DNA of 64,000 bases from Octopus bimaculoides (Eukaryota), in NCBI RefSeq assembly GCF_001194135.2, contig NC_068983.1, forward strand, positions 142,902,264-142,966,263. The letters run 5' to 3'. The position numbers and the translations under genes were made by a program. Shown one piece after another: positions 47,449 through 59,499 of this stretch (position 1 is the first letter of the stretch; each line of letters opens with the position of its first letter). The notes beneath the pieces were generated by a model that saw nothing but the letters and a program-made list of their open reading frames with translations, was not told the DNA's origin and did no database searches.

Positions 47449-50339
47449 ATCACAATTATTTTACCTCTCTTCATGGGTATCTAGTACTTTTACTATTTGA
47501 TATATTTACTTTCAAACAACTGGCTATTTATATAACTTATTTCTAAACTGTCATCCACCCATTAAAACATCCCATCACCTGCAAAACTTTTATCCTGCTT
47601 TATCTTTAGTAATATAAGTGTTTCCAATAGCTGCTGGCAGTAACACTCTGATTGATTCATTTCAAATGTAAATAATTAATGGGAGAATTGCAAAGAATAA
47701 TGATGAGAACATATAATATTAGAAAGAATAATTTTTTTTTTTTTATAATTCAAGCAATTTCAATGGTGTTGATAATGTGGTTAATGTTGATGGTAGTTGA
47801 AGCCTGTATTTGCTGACAGATACTTTTATACCAATGAAAGATTTCTCTATTCATAGAATAGACCGTTTGAACAGTGTATTGTGCACTAGAGGTTATAAAT
47901 CTAGTATCATTGAAAATTCTGGCTGATTAAGATTAGGGGAAAACATGAGAATAATGTTTATTAAATGTATATAAATCTAAGGTAAAATACAGTTTTGTAG
48001 ACTAAGAAGGTTTAAAAACGAACAAAAGTTTTAAAAATATTATTTACTAAACTGAACATAGTATTATTGACATATTATGAGAATGAATTTGGGAAATTAA
48101 GGAAGCAAGTATAATTAATATGTAGATAGAACAAAGGAAACTAACAATTTAGTTAAGGCTAATGAGCTGATACTAATAGAGACAGTTAAATTCATATACT
48201 GCTCAATAGCATGGATATCAAGCATAATGGAATAGCTGGTTAGATGATAAAGTTACTGGATTTACTATTCTTATTTGGTTAGTTTACAATCAATTTTTAA
48301 GAAAATAATGTATTTACAAGGACAAAAAGCTGAAAACAAAATGTCTGAAACAAAAATTATTGATTTAACTAATTTTTACTCACATATAAGAAATATATTA
48401 AAATCAAATTTGAATGTTAATCATTAATTATATGTAACAAATTCCTATTTAGTAAACAGTATTTGTTTAGTAAATATGGGAATTCATCTGTGAAGCAAGT
48501 TAGTAAAATTCATCTTTTCATAAAATACAGACAGCCAGATAGTGAAAAATTAAGATATATTAGAGTTAAGGTATGAGATGCATCTCTTAGATAATATTTC
48601 ATTGTCTATTGCTAGTAAATTACTCAGAAAGTTCTGGTACTTATTCATCAGGAAAATTGTTAACCTTATCTTTAGAAAATGTTATTACTCTTTAGAAATT
48701 AGGATTTCTAAATGAAATCTAATCTGTTACTTTGTACACACCTAGGAATAAAAACAAAACCACCATCAAAACATAGTATAGATGTAGATACTGCCAAAAA
48801 AATTATTCATCTTTAAAAATGAGGTTAATAGTTCAAAAACTTATAAAGTTACTAACAGTTCATTTCACACATTTAGACATTAAATTTAGTAGGTTTTGTA
48901 AATCTAGACATTAAATCTAGTAGGTGATGTATGTAAAAAATTTCTTATGGCATTGAAATTTGTCCCTTAGAAAAAGACATTTAATTTGTCTTATCCAGAG
49001 ACACTATGAAATATATGTTGTGACAGAACAAGTGACCCATACAAGGACTAATAGTTTAATAGCTTTTCTACCTCACTTTTCCCTTTCCAATAAATGTCAC
49101 ATAATATTTCTTATGTATCTAACTTTTTTATCTCATAATGATGTTCATTAAAAAAAATTTTAATAATGCTAAGTGGGTGAAATAAAATTTGGATAAAACT
49201 GAAAATTGTCATGTTGTTATCAACATTATTATATGAATAAGAGAATAATTTAAGACCCCTAATTTTTCATAAACATCATGTAAGCAAATCAAATTAAATT
49301 TGTTTTTGTTTTTCTGGTAGATAGATATTGTAAATAGTTTACAATAAATAAATGAATAAAGCTTAATTGTAAGATAATTATAGTTTAATATGATATAGTA
49401 ATATAGTTAGCTCATTGCTTTCTTCTGTAAAAGATGGGGGAACATATGTTAAATGATGATGATTAAATATCAGCTTTGGCTTGCCTCATATATACTATGG
49501 AAAGACAGAAAGAATTTAAAAAATTCAAATTTAGTTGTTGGAAACAACACCTAAGCTATTTAAGATATTGTTTGGAATGTGACAGAAGGGTTTCCAAGAT
49601 CCTGTTTTTATGATGAAGCAATGTTAATAATAAATAAATTCAAGTGTGGAAATAAGTAGCCTTAAAATCACACTATAAAAAATTATTTTTCTAATTTAAT
49701 TATAATAATATATTTTCTTCATTTTTAATTGGAAATAGGGATCAAAACCCCAAATCAGTTTTATTCACCAAATGGTAAGAATTTCTCTAATTTTGTTGTT
49801 TATTATGATTAATTCCTTGTAAGAATGTTTTACTCTATATTCTTGTAAAAGAAACTGTTGCTGTTATTTAACATCAGTGATTTACCAAAATATCCTAATA
49901 TGCTATTGATATACTTGTTTTCTAATACTAACATAGTCTGATTAATGTATCATTTTTGTTGATCCAATTTCCCAACAAGACTAAATGCATATGAATTATC
50001 ATTATTCTAACATCCACTTTTCCATGCTTGCATGGGCCAGATAGTGTTTTACTGTAGCAGATACTCTATGGCCAGAAGCCCTTCTTGTCAACAACCCTCG
50101 CCTGTTTTCAAATAAGAAAATATTTTTCCATGACCAGAAATGTTTCTCACAGAAAACTGGAAAAGAACAACATCACTTGTATGATGATGATGCTCATTTA
50201 CAACCATTGTGTGATGTCTAGGCAAGAGTACACACACGCACACACATACATGATGGGTTTCTTTCAGTTTCCATCTATCAAATCCACTCTTAAGGCTAAC
50301 TCAACATGTTTTTTTCATTCTCTCTCTATTTATTTCCTC

Positions 50340-50441
50340 TTATTCCTTTCTGTCGAAGAGCGTAGGCTCGAAACGTAAAAGTATTTTCCTTTTTTCCTGA
50401 GCATCAAACTAATACACTTGCTTATTGTTCCTACACCTGTC
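50340..50441 (+). mobile_element. Second copy of the minimal hammerhead-like repeat
   Basis: CTTT-CTGTCGA-A-GAGC-GTAG-GCTC-GAAA-C-GTA-AAAG at 50346-50381; followed by a gap and (TA)n. Confidence 0.6.
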
Positions 50442-50451
50442 NNNNNNNNNN

Positions 50452-50500
<49 letters not shown>

Positions 50501-51487
50501 AAAATAAGCAACACAGATTTTAAAGATGATTGCAGTACGCACGTTTCATGCTACTCCATTTATATGCTACTCCATACTATATTCTGGTGCCTAAACATAA
50601 GTACCATATTCAATTATGAATCTAAATCTAAACCTATATATATGTAGTCACACCCTATACTGTATTAGTTCTTTAGTAATTATTGGCACACCTTGTAGCA
50701 TTATGCAAATGATTCACATCCTTAACTAACCTTATTCAGACAGAAGGCACTTAACTACGACTACCTCAACTCACCTAGTTATAAAATACTATGTGGGAGT
50801 CATTGGTAGCCAGTTCTTTAACTTTGTGCCAAGTTCAAATCCTACATTAGACCAAACTTACATGAAATGACATCCTATGCAGTGGTTAAGGTGTTGCACT
50901 CATGGTTGCAAGATTGTGGGTTCAATTTCCAGATCAGGCGTTGCATTGTGTTCTTGAGCAAAGCACTTCATTTCACAAACTATATTATTCCATCATGGTT
51001 TATACTAGTGTCTACTTGGGTAACCAGTCTCTTCTCAACAAATAACAAAGAACTTAGAACAGAACCTTTTGCATTACCACTGGCTGCACACTGATCACAC
51101 CTTCAAATCACCTATACAATGAAACAAAAACATTTAAACTGAGATTACTTGGACATGTGAGAGACAGTTTATTGTTGCAGCAAGCGCCAGCCTTCACTGT
51201 CCCTGGCACAAAATGTATAACTATCACTTAACACCAGAACACCTTAAAGTACAATTACGTTAAGAACACCCATTCCAGGCAACCATAAAAGCATGTACAC
51301 ACTAAAATACCTGTAGCATCAATAGTGCCATTATCTCTAAACACTAATGATAAATACAAAAGGACAATTGTTGTGCTCTAATTGAGTGTACCTTGCTGGC
51401 CTCCACTGTGGTCACACAAGATGTAATAGGTATACAATAACAAACTGGGCAGTAGAGAAAATTTAATAGGCTCAACTTCTACACTCA

Positions 51488-51735
51488 ACTCATCATCATC
51501 ATCGTTTAATGCCTGTTTTCCACGTTGGCATGGGTTGAATGGTTTGACTGAGGACTGGAAAGCCAGCGGTTGCACCAGGCTCCAATTTGATCTGGTGATG
51601 TTTCTACACCTGGATGCCCTTCCTAACGCCAACCACTCCAAGAGTGTAGTGGGTGCTTTTAATGTGTCACTGGCACAAGAGCCAGTCAGGCAGCCCAGGC
51701 ATCGATCACGTTTGGATAGTGCTTTTTACGTGCCA
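51488..51735 (-). mobile_element. RTE-type 3' tail with part of the hairpin array
   Basis: (CAT)n, CTGGATGCCCTTCCTAACGCCAACCAC, GTGTAGTGGGTGCTTTT. Confidence 0.85.
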
Positions 51736-52039
51736 TTCCGCACAATAAACCATAGCATGCTGGAGTGCATACTATGGTTGTCAAGGAACTTATAGATTAT
51801 GTGCTATCATTTGATCACTTACATGCCATAGGTTTTACCAGTTAATTCTATAGTGGGTTGTCTGAAAAATGGCATACCAATACCAGAATATTAGTTGAGT
51901 AACTAATGTTGCAGCCATAGCCATCCAGACAAATCAACACTTCAGACTAAAATGTTGTAGTATTCCAGTACCAAATACTTATATATAAGTCATATATAAA
52001 GAGACAACACAAATCACTAAACAAAAACTCAGAATGGAT

Positions 52040-52660
52040 TACAGTATCAGTATTGTACCCCTAAAACACTTAAGACCAGAAAGAATTATTGCACTCACTA
52101 ATATCTTCTCATCCTTATGCCTTCATTGCCAATTCCTCAGAAAGGCTAATAATCACAGGTTTACAAACAAAACTGAAGCAACATTATACATAACCATCAC
52201 TCTCTGATGTACATTCATAAAAATTGTAGAAAAATTCATTCCTGTTATAAAACTCTTGTATTTCTTGTTTCAATTCAAAATATGATTTCAGAGAACAATA
52301 TCCAACCACTGCACAATTGACAAATCTATACTGAGGATGAATTTATTGACAAAATTCCCCAACATACACTATTCTGACCACCATTAACATTAGCAAAATA
52401 TTTGACTCTATTGTTTGCTATCCACTCATAAACAAAGTCATAAACTATGCATTAAGAAACAACAAATTTTGCCTTGCAAAATATTACTCAAGTTGCCAAG
52501 CCTATGTGGAGTATGACGGTAACAAATCTAAAAGTAATTTCATTATACACCACAAGGCTGTATCTCCTCACTTAATCTCTCTAACTTGGACTTACATCTT
52601 CCCACTACTAACAATTGTACACACAACTTAAATAGATGACCTTAGAATTACCTCCTCTCA
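52040..52660 (+). mobile_element. Decayed I/Jockey-like LINE RT fragment
   Basis: ALTNIF.., TILTTINISKIFDSIV..LINKVIN..LAKYYSSCQAYVEY resembles the RT motif D.SKAFD.V..LI.K. Confidence 0.5.
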
Positions 52661-54012
52661 TAATTTCCTTGTGTGTAGCTACACAATAACTTCAAATATT
52701 TTTCTCTTTCTTACTAGCAACACTAAAGAACATAAAATACAACAATCACTACACTTAACAACATGAACCAATAAGGATATGTGGTCACTTGACTTTCTAG
52801 AAGTAACAGCAAAATCTCCCTCAAAGCACACTGTACTGTATTAAAAATATAATATATTGGACAATGTAGTTTGAGGTATGCTAACATCTGAAAAACAGAT
52901 GAGATGGTCATGGCTAGAATGTCTTTGGAGTCTGCTTGATAAGGGTTAACTCCTTGGTTTTGAAGGCAAACTTGACAAATACCTTAACTTGTTAGGTTTT
53001 TTTTTTAATATTTTGATGTAAAACTTGTGTTTAGATTGCTTTATTTTTTTTTTGTGTGTGCCAGTACTGTTTTGCTTGGTAATGTTTGCATTTATTCAGT
53101 ACGTGTTATTTCAGGTGAAGCATATAAATGGGGAGAAATTATGCAAGAGTGTAGTTTCTCTAGTTCTATTGGAGTCAATTGATGAAAATGTTTGAACAGC
53201 TCTGTGTTAATATAAGAAAGAATCTTTTCAATGATTTGAGTCATCACCTATTGTTAACTACCAGATGCTGCTTGGATTGCTGTTATAAAGGAGACATTAA
53301 AAAAAATTATCAGCGAAAATTAGGTTCAAATTCGCTTTAGTATTTACTTTTATTGAAAGCTTTTCTAAATGCTAACACTTGAATTAAAACTAGGTAATTT
53401 AAAAACCTATTTTATGTTGTAACTGTTCAGAACAAAGAAGTGAAATTAAAACAAAGAATTATAATATAAAAGTTATATATCATATACTTTTATGAGAGAG
53501 AGCGAGTACTTTAGCTTCAAAATCTGCCATTTGAGATATAGTGGTTTTTAATTTGCTATATATTTTAAGGCAACTATGAGCATGCAGAATGGTAGCAAAT
53601 ATCTCACAGTTTGTATTAAGATAGATGTCTTTGTGAAGCAATGTCTATTTCTCACATTAATTCTGAGACGTAATTTGACAGCCAGTAGATTTTTCTTTTC
53701 AGCCTCCTGTCATTTTACTGTGCATAAAATCCATCAAATATCTGGGAAAAAGTGTGAGAAAGCATATTACGGGCTCTGAGTGCAGTTAAAGTATTCTTTT
53801 AATGTTACTCTGGTGAAAGAAATACATTTATTTGTATCTTTAGTTTCAGATGGGTCCAGGTATGGTGCTGAAATGCTTTTGTATAAATTAATTGCCTAAG
53901 CATTTGTATCACAGTAAGAAACCTGTATAACCCACATGAGTATGTAACAAAAGCAAAAGAAAAGTTGTTGATCTTTCATGTTTGTAACTGAAAATCTGTA
54001 CATATTTTCTAG

Positions 54013-54154
54013 GAACCTTTGTTGGCTGCTTTGAGGGAAGAATTGGTGCTCTGCAACAGATGAAAAAAATATTAAAAAGTCGATTTGTCAGTATTGATAT
54101 TTGTCTAAAAGCTTGCTATTTCAGAGGATTTCAGTTTGCTGCTTTGGAAACTGG
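54013..54154 (+). CDS. Gene B exon encoding the N-terminal half of a WSC domain
   Basis: TTTTCTAG acceptor, GG|GTAAGA donor, phase 1 to 2; (G)TFVGCFEGRIGALQQMKKILKSRFVSIDICLKACYFRGFQFAALETG. Confidence 0.85.
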
Positions 54155-55814
54155 GTAAGATTATCTCTTCTGTACAGATTTTTATATAATTTTTCTGTCA
54201 GAATAAGAAATTAACTTTAAACATAAAGCAAAAAACAACAACAAACAAATAAAACATGTCAATTAGATACACAATAAAAGAAATAGGGTGACATGTAATA
54301 AAATTATTGAAAAAAAAAAACTTGTAAATAGAATATATTAAGTTATATTTTGGCTTCATAATTGTCTAACTGCATAATCTGGACGACAGGGATTTTAGAG
54401 CTGGAAGCTCTTCTTATTGTCAACTGTTAAGATAAAATTTCTTAAATGTTCTGTGTGGTATCTGATGGATATAGCACTGTTAAACCTTTCAAAAGTGGTT
54501 CTCTAGTTCATTTAATCCCTTATGAAATTTAACTTTATTTAAGAGAGAAAAAGATTACTAAAGATATGTAATAAAATTTTTGTAATTTCCCTGAGATGTG
54601 TATTTCAAAGGTTCCACAAGAATTAAAACTTTGGGAAATGCTGCTCCAAACTGTTTGAGATTTCTTTATCCAAGGAAATGAGTGAAAACAACTGCATATT
54701 TTGCTTTTATGACTCTTCTCTCATTTCTACTGTTATGAAAACATTAGTCTATAATTAAAACACCTCAGTTTCTCTATCTCAAAAGGTGAGTCACTTCCTA
54801 TATCACAAATAATTCTTAAGTTTAGAATGTATGAAGAGAATGTTATTTTTAGAATCACTCATTCATCCCTTTCAATTTAATTTAATAAAAATGGATTTGA
54901 GAGTATTGAATTGTCTGTGTAATTGAACATAATTTGAAGCAATGCATGCTGGATTACAGCAATAAGCAGCAAAGGAAAGAGAAACAATGACACACACTCT
55001 CTCCTCTTTCCTCTCCTCCAATTTTTATCCATACTGCCAATTTGAAAAATTCTCCTCAAAGTACACACTGCAAATAAACATTAGCTTGGCTTTTAATAGA
55101 AAAATTATATTCTTAACATTTGGAAATTTTTACTTCCTATTTAAGAAGCTCATTAGTACTGAGCAGCTGCTAAACCACTGCAAAACTGAAACTTTCCACA
55201 CCCTAGATTAGACTCCTGCACAGAGTTTTTGAGTTGTTATTATCAAGTATTTTGTTGATTACCAAAAGCTGCTTTATTGATAACCTTTGACCTCTAAATC
55301 AATATCAAACAATATTCTTTACCCTTTGTTTCATCTACTAATACAACAACAGTCTCTACACAAGAACTGTGTTTAAACCCATCTCCTCTAAAAGTATACC
55401 CATCTTTTCATATGAAATTCTCTTTCTCTTCTTAAAGAGATTTTTTCTTTATGTATGTGTTTTCCCTATAGTGACTGAATATGACAAAGAAATAATAGAT
55501 AAAGACACAAACTTGGCAATCACAAAGCAACACACAACTTTCTAGTTAAAAAAACAACGACAAAACAAACCTTTTCTTAAATTCCTATATTACTAGGTTG
55601 TTATATGAAAATCATAACTGGATAAATGTACATGTGGAGCTTTACCTCCAAAAAATATATTTCATCAATATATGTTTTAAACAATGTTGTTTGCAGACAG
55701 TCTTGTAGAATGTAACTCATACACATATTTATATATATATATGTGTGTGTGTGTGTAAATGTAAACATATGTGTGTATTGAGGTAGTCAGTGTCTGTGAT
55801 TGAATATTTAAGCT

Positions 55815-56795
55815 TAGACTAGTGCTGCAACATGGAATAGCAACCATTATCTCGGCCTATGCTCCTCAGCCAGGGCTACCTGATGACCAGAAAGACCGAT
55901 TTTATTACACCCTCTTGCAGACTACCTTGTTGACAAATGACAAGGACCTTATCTTTGTGGCTGGCGACTTCACTGGGCATGTTGGACAACATCAGAGGAA
56001 CTTCCATAGTATGCATGGTGGCAATGGATTTGATTCCTGCAATGAGGAGGGAACCAGGCTGCTGGAATTCTGTGATGCCAGTGATCTTATGATTTGTAAT
56101 ACTAACTTCAGGAAACCTGCCAGTCAACTATTCACCTACTAGTCCGGTGTGCACACTAGTCAGATTGACTACATTCTCATCAGGAAATGAGAAAGACTGC
56201 TGCTTATAAATGCCAAAACCTTTCCCAGGTGAAGAATGCAGCCCACAAAATAGGTTAGTTGTTAGTGACTTCAGGATCAGGGCTAAATGCCTGCCAAGAA
56301 AAGGAGGGTCTGGAAGCTTAAGGATTCTCTGAATAGACAGAGATTCAGAGATGTATTGCTTGAAGCTTTTGACAAGAAAGAGGAGGATATAGCATTCTAT
56401 AACATGGAGGACAGCTGGAGGTTCCTATGGGACAACCTGTTGAGGGCTACTGACCAAATCTGTGGCTGGTGCAAAGTCCCCTCTCAACCTAAAGTGACAT
56501 GGTGGTGGAACAATGTAATTGACAGGGTCATTAGGGAAAAGAAACAAGCCTGGAAGGACTGGAAGTGTGGTGGTAGCAGAGAATTGTATCAGATAGCCAG
56601 AAGGGAAGCTAGGAGACAGGTTTACTTAGTCAGAGAAGAAGCAGAAAAGAAGAAATTTGCTAATGTTCTGCATTGCGAGGACTAGAGACTTGACATGTTT
56701 TGAATTGCAAGACAGTGTGTGAGAGAAAATCACAATGTCATAGAAGAGAAATGCGTCTGCATGGATGATGTCTCTCTTTGCATTTAATGATGCTG
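55815..56795 (+). mobile_element. RTE-clade LINE fragment: APE endonuclease and linker
   Basis: ISAYAPQPG, FVAGDFTGHVG, NEEGTRLLEFC, NTNFRK, SQIDYIL, then WKLK..TWWWN; few stops. Confidence 0.92.
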
Positions 56796-58746
56796 TATTT
56801 AGCATAATTTCACTAACTTATGATTAGATTTTATTAAATTTTCATTAAATAAAAATAATTTCTGTTTAACAGGTATCACATTGAAACCTATTAAATTACG
56901 AAGTGTTTGTGTTCTATATAATAAACTTTATTTTACATTTCTTGCCCACAAGAGATTATGTCCTATCTTTAGCATACTTCTGGTATGTCTTCTCAAATCA
57001 CGATCATAGGAAAAGTTATTGATAATTCTTATCAACAAAAACAAAGCTGATAAATATGCACAAGTGTTGCAAAATAAGTTTAATTACCAATAAACATCAG
57101 ATGACACTTTACTCAACTGACAGAGGAAGGTGACCAATCAAACTGATTATGTAAACAGAATCAAAAGTGTCTTCTTGTCTCAAGCTCTGATTTTTTGCCT
57201 ATTCTTGTTGGAACCTTTGATACGGAGTATTGAAATTTTAATCCCTTTCACACTTATAAAATGTCAAGCAAACTTAAAAGTTTGTCATTATCATTTTAGC
57301 CAGAAGACCAAACTGATAGTTTGGTAACCTGCTCAAGTAAACATTAAAAATTAAAAGGAGAAAATAAACAGCTTTGCAAATTTAACTCTGTTTATTGAAC
57401 AAGGGAAGTGCAAAATTTAAGAAGCAGCTTGTTAGAATATGCATGTCTGTGAGAAGACATAAACAAGAATAGCAAAAATTTACTATACCAAAAGAACTGG
57501 TAATACATACATTACAAGTGTTCTATGAAGAGAACATAAGATTGCTGCATAATTCAACATGAATGTGAAATGACATTAAACATCATATAAGGTAAATGAA
57601 GGTTTCTGTAGGAATGCTAAGTCATATTCACTTAGTGAGTTTACACGCACAAGAATGAATTATGATGATGTCGTTGGTGATGTTGGCGGTGATGAATTTC
57701 ATTGTTCTAATGCGGAGAAAGTGAGCAATAGCTTCCTGGAAGCAAATACAAGGTAGACTTCTTAAGCAGAGCAAAACTGATCTAAGGAAATTGCTGGGCT
57801 CCATTGCGATAGGTGGAAACTCCAAGCAATGCAAAATATGGCCCGGACCGTGATTACCAGCATGAACATCAAACTTCAAAAAGTAGTTAACCATTTAATT
57901 GTTTTAAGTAAATTTATACAGAAAAAGTAAGCATTATACTGTCCAGCATAAATAAAAGTCAACTTTTTTGCAAAAAAAGTGCGTAAATTACATGGGTTTT
58001 TATGGTATTTGTTTTCTAAGCCTTGTACTTATTTTATCCATCATTTTTGCTAAACTGCTAAGTTATAGAGACATAGACATACCAACAGTAGTTGTCAACC
58101 AGCACAGACACACACATTTATATGATGGGCTTCTTTCAGTTTCTATTTTTATCAAATACACTAACAAGGTTTTGATTGGTTCAAGGCTATAGGAGAAATC
58201 ACTTGCTCAAGGTGCTATGCAGTGGGGCTGAACTTGGAACCATGTAGTTGAGAAATAAACTTTTTATCACACAACTATATATAGATATGTATATGTGTAT
58301 ATATCTATATCTATCTAATTCCAAGAGAGTTAGACGTGAATCCAACCAACTAAGGGATAATATCCATCCAAGACACTGCTGGTAGAATACCCAATTATTA
58401 ATACATAAGTGTTTTTTTTTTACTCGATAAACAAAAAGTAATGGAAAATAATAAAGTACCTTGATTAATACCCGGAAATTTATTACTTTTAGTACCGACT
58501 AATATCACAGGTATTAATATAAACTCTAACCCACTTATTGTAGACTGTTACCTCAAGCCCTCAATAGAATACATATCGCATGTTTATATGTATATATATA
58601 TGTTTATGTATAATTATTATAATTATATAAAAAGAAAAATACAAACTACTACAGTAATCCTCCCTTTTCAACACAGGAAATATATATGTACCTATGGGTG
58701 TGTTTGTACGTAAATATATATATATGCATATATGTGTGTGTGTGTA

Positions 58747-58789
<43 letters not shown>

Positions 58790-59084
58790 CTCAATTATAT
58801 ACCTTTTCATTCCAACATAACTACAATAATCTTAAGATATATTAATTATTTAAATTTCACTATTATTTCTCTTTTGATAATTTTTCTTCCCTCTGTTTAT
58901 ACTTTATCTAATAAGAATAATATAATACACCTAATAAGAATAATAATAATTTATTCCTTTGTATGCATATACATATACATATAAATGTATAGATATGTAT
59001 TTATGTATATGTATGTATGTGTAAAAGTGTGTATATATATGTATGTATTTATATTTATAACTTAACCTTATGAACTTTCTAAAC

Positions 59085-59206
59085 TCTCTGATGAAGCCCA
59101 GAGGCACACCTAAGTACCTTAATCTTATCTACCAAATACTTCAGTTCACTGAAGGGATGGTAGCAAAGTGGGGTACTATGGCCTCTTGGCTGAAACAGCT
59201 GTAAGA
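59085..59206 (+). ncRNA. Type I hammerhead ribozyme candidate (Penelope-type) with long stem II
   Basis: CTGATGA at 59088-59094; stem II AGCCCAGAGGC/GCCTCTTGGCT (10 of 11 pairs); GAAA at 59191-59194; palindromic ACAGCTGT stem III; GTA cleavage triplet at 59200-59202; stem I TCT/AGA. Confidence 0.7.
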
Positions 59207-59450
59207 TACTATTCTACTTTCTATGCTCTACATTATATATTTTAATAATTACTGGTATTTTTATATTTTATATATTATATATGTAAAGCATAATATGTTA
59301 TATATGTATGTATATTGTTATAATTGTTTTTTAAAAAATAAATAAATAGACATAATATAATGTCTAAAAGTTGATGAATGCCACCCCTTGATCCCCTCCA
59401 TTTTCTTATTGCTGTATATATATATCTATATATATATATGTCTCTGTGTG

Positions 59451-59499
<49 letters not shown>

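Noticed and set aside
28525-48925. Scattered 16-31 bp tandem duplications (28525, 28862, 43917, 44105, 48875)
   Set aside because: Ordinary slippage or repair duplications with no shared motif.
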